Source: Hypanus sabinus (taxonomy: Eukaryota). From it: a DNA stretch of 64,000 nt. A program made the translations under genes and the position numbers. Location of the stretch: NCBI RefSeq assembly GCF_030144855.1, contig NC_082727.1, forward strand, positions 57,908,001-57,972,000. Reading direction: 5' to 3'. The stretch's first letter is position 1, and every line of letters starts with the position of its first letter. The notes under the pieces were generated by a model. It ran no database searches. It saw only the letters and a list, made by a program, of their open reading frames with translations, and had not been told where the DNA came from. Below, one piece after another: positions 1-13,200 of the stretch.

Positions 1-3000
1 CTCTCATTTTTACTATGCACTGTACCTGCAGTTATGGTCGAAATGACAATAAAAGTTGACTTGACTTGACTTGACTTATCAGTTAGAAGGTACAAGAGCC
101 TCAGGACTCACAGCACCAGGTTCAGGAATAGTTACTACCCCTCAATCATCAGGGTCTTGAACAAAAGGGAATAACAACACTTATCTATTGAGATAAGACC
201 ATAACATATAGGAGCAGAAGTAGGCCATTCGGCCCATCAAATTTGCTCTGCCATTCAATCATGGGCTGATCCAATTCTTCCAGTCATCCCCACTCCCCTG
301 CCTTCTCCCCATACCCTTTGATGTCCTGGCTAATCAAGAACCTATCTATCTCTGCCTTAAATGATTTGGCCTCCACAGCTGCTCATAGCAACAAATTCCA
401 CAGATTTACCACCCTCTGACTGAAGTAAATTCTCCGCATCTCTGTTCTAAATGGATGTCCTTCATTCCTGAAGTCATGCCCTCTTGTCCTAGACTCCCCT
501 ACCATGGGAAATAACTTTGCCATATCTAATCTGTTCTAACTTTCCCACAACCAATGATCTCACTTTAAGGACTCAATATCTTGTTATTTCATGTTCTCAT
601 TATTTATTGCTATTTATTTATATTTGCACTTGCACAGTTTTTGTCTTCTGCACTCTGGTTAATCTTTCATTGATCCTGTTATAGAACCATAGAACCAAAG
701 AATACTACGGCACAGTACAGGACCTTCAGTCCTCCATGTTGTGCCAACCCATATAATCCTTAAAAAAAAGTACTAAACCCACACTACCCCATAACCTTTC
801 ATTTTTCTTTCATCCGTGCCTGATAGATGTGCCTTATCATTACTATTCTAAAGATTCGCTGAGTATGCCTGCAGGAAAAAGAATCTCGGGGTTGTATGTG
901 ATGACTCAGATAATTAAATTTACTTTGAACTTAGAAATGAGTAGCATATTCTGTAATTTCCAGGCTCCACTAACAAGGAAGAAGTATCAACTTGCCTCAA
1001 AACATAAAGAAAAAGTTACAGAATGGAAGATCAATTCAAATTGTATTCAAGGATCAAACTGATAAATTAAAAATTAGACATCCCAATAGCTCATATAAAA
1101 CTTGAATTATAAGTATCAAAATCATAAAATTACATGTTATTTAACCTATTTGTTATTTTATAATGAATAAACTTCCTTTCAGCTGACAAAAATACTCACG
1201 TCACCATCTCATACAAAGACTGACAATTCTGAAAGATATACTGAAAAATATTCTCAAGACACTTGAGGCACCATCAACACAATAATCTAGAGACACAATG
1301 AATGACATGATTGATCAAAACCCTATTCCAGTGTCTCTCCAATCTTTCTACAAATACTGTTAAATCATGCTGGAAATAGTAAATAATGTCAGTTATCAGC
1401 TCATTTATATCTCTCTTATAGAAGAGAAAACACACAACATACAGTGGTTCTGTTTAAATAAATGTTATGTTGGTCCCACTTTAATTACAAATTAATATGT
1501 TATATACATGACACAAGCATGGATCTTTAGGGAAATGATTAAAAGAGCAGTGAAGCGCTAGTAGAATATTGCAAAGTTCAGTCATTATGCTGGCCAATAT
1601 AAATAACTCCACTAAGATATAAGGCATTGCATAGATAGTACCTTCAGAAGATTTCTAAACCAGCAAACTTAAATGTTTGATTTCTGGTCAGTAAGTTCAG
1701 TAGGAAGTTACAACTTCCAGTGATGCTTGCTTTACGGTGGGAAAGAAGGGTAACCAGAAAAAAATACAGGCATTCTCCACAAGTGAATTTATAATGTCTG
1801 AAAGCAGGTCACTGTGGCTAATTACAAACTTCAAATCATATTTTGGATAAAGAAACATGTTCAGATTGAGATATTGAAGCCTGGAGATCTGAGGCAGTGA
1901 ACTGCCAAGCCACACACGACTGAATGAAAGAGAAATTTTTCTATTTGTACAAAAGACTTACTGCACTCAATAAGCTTTATGCAAATTATTTTGGCCAAAT
2001 GTTACCGAGTAAATTATGCAAAAATCAAATCAGCTGCATTAAAAATCTAGTTCTGCTTCCAAACTAGATGAGTTGCCAAACCAAATGCTTAGATATTGAT
2101 GTTTCAACTTGAAAGAAGCCACTATACTCTTAGGTCAACTATGAGTACCATCTGCCAAAGGTAGTTTTCTAATATGCCCTCTCTTTAGTGTTCAACAAGC
2201 TAACAAAAAAGGAAAGTAACAGAAAAGCAACAATTTCATTGTGGCAGTGTGAGGTAATGGGGGGGGGGAGGTGGGAGTACACCAAAAATCAGCAGATAAC
2301 CTCTCAATAGAAGAATGTTCCTTTAAAAGAGAGATGTGGAGGAATTTCTTTAGCCAGGGGTAGTGAATCTGGAGAATTCATTGCCACAAATGGCCATGGA
2401 TGCCACATCATTGGGATATTTAAAACAGAGATTGGTAGATTCTTGGTTAGCAAGGGCCTCAAAGGTTACAGGGAGAAGGCTGGAGAATGGGGTTGAGAAA
2501 GAAAATAAATCAGCCATGATGGAATGGGAGAGCAAGACCCAATGGGCCAAATTGCCTTAATCTGCTCCTATGACTTATGGTCATAAATATTGTCAAGAAT
2601 GGAATGTTAGTTAGTGCTTTTGGAGATACTTGAGGCATAAAACAATTTGCTCTAATGTCCCTTGCCTTCTCCACACGACCTTTGATGCCCTGACTAACTA
2701 AGAATCTATCAATCGCACTGGTCATGACTGACATTTAAGAATCCAAATTAATTCCAGCCTGAAAAATCACAGCATACCAAAATATAGTTTGAATTTCTTG
2801 AAAATGTGATCTTCATAAATCAGTTTGTGATTGTTTTTAAATAACAATGCAATAGCTGAACAAAAATCTGTGTTGTGACCTAAGGCACAGTGTGAAGTCT
2901 GGTAGGATGTTCCTGAGGGCATGCTGTAATTAGGAAACACAGTAACTTCATGAACTATGCATGAGAAAGTGCACTCTCAGAGCCTGAGACTGCACACCTC

Positions 3001-4017
3001 AATATTCGAAGGTTTCATAAGTTCAATTGTACATTATTCATAAGATCATAAGGCACAGGAGCTGAGTTAGTCCATTCAGCCCATTGACTCTGCTCTATCT
3101 TCCATCATGGCTGATTTATAATCCTCCTCAACCTCATTCACCTCCCTGTAATCTTTGGTACCCTGACTAATCAAGAACCCATCGTCCTCAGCTTTAAATA
3201 TACTCAATGACTTGGCCTCCACAGCCGTCCGTGGCAATGAATTCCACAGATTCACCACCCTCTGACTAAAGAAATTCCTCCTCATTTCTTTTCTAAATAG
3301 ACTTCCCACTATGCTGAAGCTGAGCCCTCTGGTCCTAGATTCTCCTAGTATAGGAGCATAAAATACATTCGTACCAAAATGTTTAAGCAAGAGGACCCGA
3401 TTGCAGCAGGGCCCGATTCGCATAAATATAGACATTTTTCCATCCTACAAGTGATTATAATTCCTATCCTTTCACACATACACACAGAAACAGAAGACTT
3501 TACTCAGCAGGCAGGAAGTCTCTCCTCCCTGATTGGTAGTAATGGGAAGAGAGTATGTCCCAGAAGGTGGGGGGGGGGGGGTGGGGTGGTCCTATGTATA
3601 GAATGCTGTCTGGTCTCAACTATAAAGTCCCCAAGATCTTTTTTTCCCACATTCCATAACAGAGTTGGTCTGAATAATTTGACTCACGCGCATAAAAAGG
3701 ATTCCTGCCTTAATGAATATCTCATCCACCCTCTGCTCCAGCAAAATTTTTCTCCAGCCATGCTAATTATTTCTGGGAAAGGTTTCTACTGTTGCAACTT
3801 GTGTGTATCACTGAGTGAGAGATTTTAGGTAGCAGGGGACTCAAGACCACAAGACCCAGGAGATGAATCGGACCATTCGGCCCATCAAGACCACTCCTAC
3901 TACCGGCATAGGAGGAGAACAAAGTTGGTAGGGTTGGTGTAAAAATAGATGATCAGTACCATTTCAGATGGTATCGTCCCCCCATCTTTCCTTTTAATAT
4001 GGAAATACTTGTAATAT

Positions 4018-4225
4018 AATTCCCGCCGCTGCCTGTACGGAGTTCTCCCTGTGACCCTGTGGGTTTCCTTCGGGTGCTCCAGTTTCCTCCCACAGTCCAC
4101 AGAGACATACCGGTTGGGAGGTTCATCAGTCATTATAAATTGTCCCAGGATTAAATCGGGAGATTACTGGGCGCCGTGGTTTGAGGGGCCGGAAAGGCTT
4201 ACACCGCGCTGTATCTCAATAAATT
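4018..4225 (+). mobile_element. V-SINE (HE1-like); related copies at about 11785-12030, 18490-18780(-), 19388-19675, 37395-37660, 61308-61550
   Basis: V-domain core gtgggtttccttcgggtgctccagtttcctcccacagtcc recurs across the window. Confidence 0.7.
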
Positions 4226-6131
4226 TAAAAATATTCCCGTAGAATACTTTTACGCTATATAATGACTTCCCATGGAGGCAAAACAATGATACGTTTGCAT
4301 GGATACAAGGCGCTGTATTAATATAGATACAATTTAATGTTGTGTATAGCCCTGGAAGCAATAAATCTATCACGGCTGTTATTCCCAACAATTTATTTCA
4401 CTTACTTTCCAGGGTATAATCGTTTAACTATTTCTCAATATAATATTTTATGTAATATGATATAATGTAAGTGAAATCACGTCCAGAAATGCTACGGCGG
4501 AATCACTATTTTCTAAGACTGAGGATTATGTTAGGGAGAGTAGGGCTGAAGTCTGACAGCCTGTACTCTGAATTGACCGCACACCGTTTTTTTTTACTTG
4601 TATACCTGCTGCATGCAAATGCAATGTAATATTCAAGCTGTCGCTTATAGCGCTGCAAAAGCAGAAACGTGCGTAGAAGCTCCTGTCCCCCCGGTCTCCA
4701 TCGCAGCTTCCGGAGACCTGTGCCATCTAACGTCAGACACAGAAAATGTAATGTGCTAAAATGTGTGAATAAAAAAACGTAACAGACGGGCTTTTCTTCT
4801 TCGGCAACTCGGGTTCTGCTCACGCCAATTATTTCCTGCCCAATCCTAGATACACAAAGCTCCCTACGTATTTACAAATAGCGAAAAAAAGACATTCAGA
4901 TGAAGGGATGAAACAAAAAACCTCAATATTCACATAAAATGTACTTTTACACAAATGTTCATATCTCAAGGCCAAATCACGCTGCGAAGGAGGTAACTGC
5001 AAATCGTTTATCCATCGTCCCATTCAGAATTAAACACACTATCTTGAATTTTAAAAAAAACATCTTTACATCTCACAGCAGCTGTCGCCGATTCAGAGTG
5101 CCTGGCGCTTCACTTATTTAAAATCTGTTTTTTGGAACCCACCAATATGAAGCCCAGCAGCTCCCGTCACTTGATTAAAAAATAATGCACTGAGAACACG
5201 GCTAGGTGAGATAGGAAGCCCAAGGATGTCGTCCATCACTAGGTGAACGTGATGTACAGATTTCAATGCAAGTAAACCACTGCCCGGGTCACAGACGTAC
5301 TGCATCTCGTTAAATAAGTAAATCTGTGTCGTTTTAGAAGTGAATGCAAATATAAATCTCTCTTTTTTTGTAAACCACTCACATTATGTCAATGACCTTT
5401 CTTCTCCCTCCAACAGCTTTACAACAAAACGGTAAACCCATTTAATTTGGAGCATGCATGCAGTGCAGAAGCCAAGCGGGAGCCACATCGTCCGAATATC
5501 CAATTATCAGCCTTTTGAACTGTCCAGCAAATTGATCATTTACCCACGTAGATAATTCACCCCATATCTGTATTCACGGTGAAGGCTACATTCAGACAAT
5601 CACCTATGCCAGCGGAGAAAATATTTCTACTGGCGAAATCGCCCGCCTGATGAAAGATGTCAGGGTCTTTCTTAGCACTGAAGCACGATCCATAAGAAAG
5701 ATTCTCACACTGCGAAACCAGAACGTGATGCCCATGTACAACATCCAAACAAAAGCTCACAGAGCAACCCCCTCCCATCACTACCTAAAAGACCATTAAA
5801 AACGGAGTGAACGGGGTATTTATTGGGGTGGGGGTGGGGGGTACACAGCACGGATGTTTGTTTTGAATAAAAACCAGCCATTGCTGGAAATGCCAGCCTG
5901 TCTGCCGTGAGCACTGGAAGCCCGCACAGTGAAACATTTACATCTAACCAGGAAATCCCTCAGCTCCTCAACAAGTCATGAAAAAACTGTGCATTTCAGC
6001 TCTTGGTTGCAACAGTAATTCATTTGCTGGCGTTTCTCTTATCCATTCCAGTTGTTTTCTCTCTCCCTCTCTTACCCCCAAATATACACCAAAAACCCTC
6101 CCAACATCCCCAGGCTGTTAATGCTCGTTAC

Positions 6132-6183
6132 CTTCTCTGGCTTTTAACAGGACCGTGTTGGCGACTATATTCTCCAGCTCCAT
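6132..6183 (-). CDS. GRK5: G protein-coupled receptor kinase 5, coding exon 1 (gene continues left of the window)
   Basis: Minus strand reads ATG GAG CTG GAG AAT ATA GTC GCC AAC ACG GTC CTG TTA AAA GCC AGA GAA G|gtaacg = MELENIVANTVLLKARE(G), the GRK5/GRK6 N-terminus, 52 nt with a phase-1 GT donor. GRK5 rather than GRK6 is inferred from the divergent PRDX3 neighbour. No exon 2 recognised in 1-6130. Confidence 0.9.
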
Positions 6184-6332
6184 TGACCTGCAGAGATATG
6201 TGGCTCAGGGGGGGGAAAGCTCTTCTGCTTCTGACAGCTTCTGTGTTTCTAAGGTTGCTCGCCGAGCTGGACTTTCTGTCTCTGGCTTCCCCTCGGCGTG
6301 TCTCCGGTGTATCGGAGACAGCGGACGCATCG

Positions 6333-6461
6333 NNNNNNNNNNNNNNNNNNNNNNNNNNNNNNNNNNNNNNNNNNNNNNNNNNNNNNNNNNNNNNNNNNNN
6401 NNNNNNNNNNNNNNNNNNNNNNNNNNNNNNNNNNNNNNNNNNNNNNNNNNNNNNNNNNNNN
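6333..6461. other. assembly gap (N run) in the GRK5 5' region
   Basis: 129 N characters. Confidence 1.
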
Positions 6462-6597
6462 ACGACTCGCCGCCGAACGAAACCCCTTCCTGATGCTGGG
6501 CTCCTGCCGGAGTTGTGGTACCCTCCAGTCCTGCAGGGGGAGCTTTAAACGCAAAGCCTACGTTCCCTCTGCGCAGCTGCAGCCTCCCGCGGCTCGA

Positions 6598-6613
6598 TGG
6601 GAGCTGTAGTCCC
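6598..6613 (-). promoter_or_regulatory. ACTACAnnTCCCA (ZNF143/THAP11-type) promoter motif in the GC-rich region upstream of GRK5
   Basis: Minus strand GGGACTACAGCTCCCA, about 415 bp upstream of the GRK5 ATG, in CpG-rich sequence. Confidence 0.6.
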
Positions 6614-6614
6614 T

Positions 6615-7560
6615 AAATCACCAAGCTTTCTTGCACCGATATATGCACGAAACAACAGTTGGACGTACTCAACAGTCTTATGAGCCATTTATTAGTGTAT
6701 ATTGCAGAACTGGTTGCTATCATTTTTGGCTTCCAGTGGTTGGAGGAAATCTGTCCTTGCGAAGTTATAATTTGTTCAGATTTTTTTTTACGGTTTAGAC
6801 TAGTCTTGAAACAGGTCATTCTAGCAGTAGGTCAGATTTACAGCCGGAGCTCTTCAAACTTTATTTCACATTCAAAGTATTGGTCTATGTGTCTTCTTTT
6901 TATGGGTCCCTGCACAGAGGTGTTAAGGGGAATGAGCAGGTTAATAGTTTGGCCAAAAACGGCGTTAAAAGTTCATCTGTGGATATAGACCTTTCATTTA
7001 GCAAATCAGAAGCTAACGGTTTGGTGGGATTGAGAATTAGGGGGTTATGGCAGGATTTGTGGGATAATGGGCATAAGGGAAGACACCTTTACAGAACACA
7101 TAGAACTGTTGGGTTGACATGAGGAGGTAAATCAAGAAGAGAAGGAATTGTATTGACTCGACTTAGAATTGGGCATACCATGCTTAATTATTCCTTATAT
7201 CTTGTTGGAAAACATCACTCTGGGGTGTGTAGGTGTTGTCATTATTATGAAACAGTTGAACACATTCTTTTACAATGTAAAGCATACAAGGTTGAAAGAA
7301 AGCAAATGCAGGCTGCTCGACTAGCTTCAGGGATTGATAGTTTTCACTTAAAAAACTTTACTAAGTTATGGAAGTGTCTTTAATTCACAATATTGTTTTT
7401 CATTATTTATAGGGCTTTGGGGGTAATTTAGTTTTCAGTTGGTAAAGAACTAGTAGGGGTCTTATTTCCCAACTCTCTCCACCACACTCCAGTCCAGTTG
7501 GTGGCAGTAATGCACCTAAAGTTGGATTGCCAACCGCCATTAAAAGTCAAAGAAGAAGAA
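6615..7560 (+). mobile_element. 5'-truncated I-group (Nimb-like) LINE fragment: RNase H, zinc knuckle and 3' end
   Basis: Frameshifted ORFs YIAELVAII..VIICSD and H.GVKGNEQVNSLAK (RNase H), then TRLRIGH..CRCC..ETVEHILLQC (CCHC). Ends ggtggcagtaatgcacc...gaagaagaa. Confidence 0.75.
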
Positions 7561-7992
7561 CTCATCACACATCAAGTTATGCGACATCTGTGGAAGAAGA
7601 AACAGAACCAAGGTCTCATGCTGAAGAGTATTCAACAGAACTTCATTGCACGAATATACTCTACATTCTTAGGAGTTCATCAGGATGGACGATGACTAGC
7701 TCCCATTCCATTTCAGGTGTATGAATATCAATGATGAGGCCAATGTTGGACCCATCAGCTCCACAATCAGAAGAGAACAGATGAACAAGTAGTTAGGGAA
7801 ATAGTGACTTACTGCTGCTTTTGCTAGGCTTCTGTGTGCTCCAGACTCACAGCAGAGATTCTTAATGCTTCCCAAAATTCCTTCTTTATTTTGAAAAGAC
7901 ATGGCGCAAGAATTCCAAGAACTATGTGGGTCTGTTGTACATATTTCAGGAAAGTGTCTTTTTTTACTTCTCCACCAATTAATCTCTTGTCA

Positions 7993-8473
7993 TGTCATGG
8001 TCACAAACAAACTCAAATGCAGGAATCACAGAGACTTCGGCAATTAAAATAAAACTGACAATTTATTACAGAAATTAACAAGGAAAGACTAACAAGAGTT
8101 CAAGCAAACTGAACAGAATCTTGATGAACTGAAATCACTCCTGATACACAGAAGAAGTCAGTCTGAGTTTCACCCGACAAGGAACCACAACGACCCAACA
8201 AAGAGAGGTTTGCATGTCGTTCTGGAATTCTGGACATTGACAATACCATAGTACTTAATAAATGTGATAAAAACAAAGAGAGTTTAACAATCCCCATGAT
8301 CCCAAATGAGACACCTACAACACCAAGAGCTAGTCCAAAGACAAACAGTTAGACATAAAAGGTAAGCAATCCAAGGACAACGCATACACATGAGGTAACG
8401 TTGAGAGAGAGTAAAAAACAGTCTAACTGACAAAAAAAAAACTTTTCTTTAAAAATTATCCCTGGTTGTGACA
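7993..8473 (-). mobile_element. probable solo LTR
   Basis: Termini TGTCA...TGACA, perfect 5-bp flanking duplication TGTCA (7988-7992 and 8474-8478), AATAAA on the minus strand at 8062-8067. Confidence 0.6.
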
Positions 8474-9121
8474 TGTCATGATAATGTCTGTTTCTGAAGT
8501 CAGGTGTAAACCCTACCCAGTGGAACTGACTTGTTATCAATAAGGATTCAGTGCTGAGGATATTGGCCAGGGGAAGTTGTTCATAGATTCTAACAGTGGG
8601 TTTGAAGAATCTGAGAAAACAGCTAGATTGTATGTCTCCAGTGTTCTGAGATGCCTGTTGAAAGTAGTCCAAGATAGGATATTGCCGCCTGGTGGGCCAT
8701 CAGCTTTGAGATAAGTTTCAGGTTATGATCTTAAAACAATCTTTCCCTTAGTCATCAATTGATGCTCCTCCCATTGACCAAAGGACTGCTCACTGAATCC
8801 ATAGTGTGCTTTCCATCCAACAAGAAGCACATTGGGCAAAATTTTCACCACACAGCATTCCAAAAGAAGTCGAAGAAAAAGCATCAACCATACCATGTGG
8901 CCTTTGTGGCATCCGTAAAGTAACTGACTCCGTTAATTGAGAGGAACTGTGAAGCATCCTCCTCAAACTTGGCTGTTTGCAGAAATATATCAGCATTTAC
9001 ATTTGCTTCATGATGGGGTGCTACACGTGATCCTAATGAGATGGTCCACATCAGATTCACTCTCATTACAGACTGGTGTCAAGCAAGGCCACAGACTCAC
9101 AGTAACATTTTTCACAAGCAG

Positions 9122-9213
9122 TACACACAAAATGCTTGAGGAACTCAGCAGGTCAAGCAATATCCAAGGAAATCAACAGGCAAAATTTCAGGCCAAGACC
9201 CTTCTTCAGGACT
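9122..9213 (-). mobile_element. Penelope-like terminal fragment with hammerhead remnant
   Basis: Minus strand agtcCTGAAGAagggtcttggcctGAAA followed by the ...ctgctgagttcctcaagcattttgtgtgt motif shared with 23780-23900 and 59180-59386. Confidence 0.65.
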
Positions 9214-9867
9214 CCCTTTTTTCACAATCTTTCCTACAGCAGTGCTGCCTCTCAACTCCCAACTGAGTTTTTAGTAGAGTGCAGTCAATATACGGGACAA
9301 ATTGAACTTACACCTCCATTCCAGTACCATGGTCTTCCCAGCCCTCAAGCTTCATTACGGAGATATTGCTTGCAGAAGTTTGCATTCAGAGGCAAATTAT
9401 CAATTCATCCACTGAAGCATGTAAGATGATTGGCCTTAACATTCCCAGGACAGGAGCTCTATCAATCTGTCCTGCTGATCAAATCTGTCCTCAGAAACTG
9501 AAGCTCCATGAGACCCTAATAACCATGGACTACTTCTCATAGCTTACAGCTCTCACCAAGGCAATACATGTGAGGAGATTCATCATAACCTTCAAGGCAT
9601 CAGCAAAATTACTGGCCATCTGAAATAAAATCCTGAGTAAGCATAAACCTTTCAAAACTCTCCTGCTATTGAAGTAACCAAACCATGCTCTATTTACCCA
9701 TCCTTCTTGTCCTTGCTACCTGATTGGCAACTGAACCAGAAAAATCTGATATTGGTTTTGTCTTTTGGAATCTCTGAAATCCCACCCCATGAACCATTCC
9801 TCCATTTTCAGCCTTGAAAGCATTCCCAGATGTAATCATTTCACCATTGATAGGCATGCCTTCAGCT

Positions 9868-10251
9868 CTCTCCTGCCCATTACACCACTGTCGTTTAGGG
9901 ATCAATGAAGGTCCTCTTTCTCTGGTGGTGTTCAGGGTGTCAGTAGCTTCCTGTCAGTTTTCACTACTGTCCAAGGTGGAGACTCTGGAATACTGTCATA
10001 CTCAGATGTAGAATTCTTCTTTGCTGTTTCTGTAACTATTTTGGTTTACCAGACAGGGTCGTTAGCCCTGAGCTGAACCCCCGAACTTGAGCGGACCACT
10101 CTTAGACTCTCCTCTACCCTTTGACCTGTTTGGCATGGGTACCCTACCAAGAACCAATGCATAAAGCCCCTGACTCCAACTGACATAACTCTCCGGGTCA
10201 TTGAGGGACACAAGCCTCCAAACCACAACAAGGTCGTGACCCTCTTGGAGG
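9868..10251 (-). mobile_element. non-autonomous RTE-like retroelement (family B), copy 1
   Basis: Homologous to 25794-26202 in reverse orientation; flanked by duplicated atgccttca (9856-9864 and 10252-10260). Confidence 0.65.
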
Positions 10252-13200
10252 ATGCCTTCAACTGCCTAGGTCATAATTTTTAGGATTCTCTTCATACCTT
10301 TTGTCAACTTCAGTTCTGGTGTCATTTGCTTACTTTTATTGTTTGCACGATTTTTCTTTTTTCTCTGCACATTGGGTTCTATTTGGGTTTCTTCGTTTGG
10401 TGGCTGCCTGTAGGAAGACAAATCTCAAGGTTGTATAAAGTATACATACTTAGATAGTAAATGTACTTTGAAGTTTGATATTTTTATCTCTCTATCCACC
10501 TTGCGTCCTTTAATTGGCTCCTATCTCTCTGATTTGGCTTTTGTACCATGTAAAATGTGGCTTGTTAAAGATGCTGTAAATTCAGTCTGGAAATTGTTTT
10601 TTGTTGAATTATGATACAACTATTGAAAACACCAGCATCTCTTCATCCAACTATGAACGTCATTGTCTCACATTAATCTTTCGTCCAGTTCTTCTCTTTC
10701 TTGTATATTAGATATTCATTGTGGCTAATCGCCTGAACCACAGCGGATTCACATTCTCAAATTTCACTGGGTGAAAATGTTTCTTTACAATTGCATACAT
10801 TAGTGATTTGATGTTATGACTCTAATATTGATGTCTTAAAAAGAAAACCTGAAAATCTGGTTTAATTTGAACTTCTAAATTGTACTTAAAATTCCTGTAT
10901 TTTATTCCTATCAGAAAATAGTTGCTTCGTATATAATTTTGTCAGTTTCCTCCACCAAGTGAATCTCTTCAAAAAAATTAATGTCTTTACCTGCAGAAGA
11001 TATCAACACAACTAAAAGTCTAGAGCACTACATCACAGGAACGGGCACTTGGGCTCATTTAGTCCACGCGAAGCTATTCTGCCAGATCCCTTCAACCTGC
11101 ACCGGGACCATAACCCTCTATAACCATATAACAAGTACAGCATGGAAACAGGCTATCTCGGCCCTTCTAGTCTGTGCCAAACGCTTACTTTCACCTAGTC
11201 CTACTGACCTGCACTCAGCCCATAACCCTCCATTCCTTTCCTGTCCATATAACCATCCAATTTTATTTTAAATGACAATACCGAACCTGCCTCTACCGCT
11301 TCTACTGGAAGCTCGTTCCACACAGCTACCACTCTCTGAGTAAAGAAAATCCCCCTTGTGTTACCCTTAAACTTTTGCCCCCCTAACTCTCAACTTAAGT
11401 CCTCTTGTTTGAATCTCTCCTACTCTCAATGGAAATAGCCTATCCACGTCAACTCTATCTATCCCCCTTATAATTTTAAATACCTCTATCAAGTCCCCCC
11501 TCAACCTATACCCCTCCCATCCATGTACTTATCCAAACGTCTCTTAAATGTTGCAATCGAACCTGCATCCACCACTTCTGCTGGCAGCCTATTTCACACC
11601 CACACCACACCCCTTGAGTGAAGAAGTTCCCCCACAGGTTCCCTTAAATATTTCACCTTTCACCCTTAACCTCATTCCAGTCTCACCTGCCCTCAGTGGA
11701 AAAGGCCTGCTTGCATTTACCCTATCTATACCCCTCATAATTTTGTATACCTCTATCAAAGCTACATTGATTATAAATATTTGATACGATAGCACAACAC
11801 TTACAAGGGAACCAGGTTCAAGGTTCGTCCCTGTCTGTAAAGAGTTTTGTATGTTCTCCTCGTGACTGCTTGGGATTGCACTGAGTGCTCCAGTTTCCTC
11901 TCACAGTCTAAAGGCCTGATTAACTGACTATTGTAAATTGTCCTGTAATTAGGCTAGGGTTAAATTGGTGGGTTGCTGGGCAGCATGGCTCAAGGGGCTG
12001 GAAGGGCCTATAACATACTGTATGTCAATTAAAAAAAAATAGATAGATAGAAAAGGTATACTTAGATAGAGATAACACTGAGACCTACAGAAATCTTTTT
12101 GTGTATCATGAACAAATCTGGTGATTTCCCATGTATTATTAAAACATCAAAAAAGGTCCGGCAAGACTATCTTTCTGTTTTCCCTTGATCTCCTTTCTCT
12201 TCAACTTTAAATTCCTTGAACTAACATCTGAAGTTCAATTGTGTTCTACTATTTTCAGCCGCTCGTTTGCTGTTTACCTCTTCCACTCTCATGTTACACA
12301 GGCTGATGTGTCAGTGCATGACAGGACTTGTACTGAACACACCGGATTCCTAACTTACCAAATTCAGACTGCTCACGTACAAAGTAAAACAAACTCATCC
12401 CATTCTCGGTTATTAAGGATTGCATAAAACCCTCAGAAAACTCAGGTAGCTTCACTCACAATGTCTGTGCTGAGCATAAACTAAATTTCTCCTGCCGACA
12501 CACTATCCATATCCACTTATTTAATGCATATTCATTCCTTCATTATGTGCTGTGTTGAATGTCAATGACATGGGCTATTATGATCTTTCCATAACCATGA
12601 CTGCTCTTGGCAAATTTTTCTCCAGAAGTGCTTTGCCATTGCCTTCTTCTAGGCTGAGTCTTTACAAGACAGATGGCCCTAGCCATTATCAATATTCTTC
12701 AGCGATTGTCTGCCTGGTGCTAGTGGTCGCATAACTAGGACTTGTGATATGCACCAACAGCTCATACGATTATTCTCCACCTGCTCCCATGGCTTCACAT
12801 GACCCTGATCACAGGGGGGGGGGGGGGCTAAGCAGGTGCTACACCTTGCCCAAGAGTGACCTGCAGGCTAGTGGAGGGAATGAGCACCTTACACCTCCTT
12901 TAGAGACATATCTTCACCCCGTCACCCAGAATGCATATTCATGTACCTATATAAAGGTCTCTTAAACCTTACTATCATATCTGCTTCCATTACCAACCTG
13001 GGGTCTACAGACCCCTCAGTTAATGGTAGGGATCTGTGGCCAGTTAATGGTAGGGATCTGTGGCATAAAAAGATTGGGACCCCTTGATCCTAACCAATTT
13101 AAATGAAAACATTCCTTACCACACTATCGTCTAGTAGCCACTTACAGCAACTTTATATCTAAATTAGAGGAGTCCCAATAATATTCATAGCTTATCAGAA

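Noticed and set aside
6003-6609. ORFs of 101-181 aa spanning X runs
   Set aside because: They read through the N gap and none matches the GRK5 frame.
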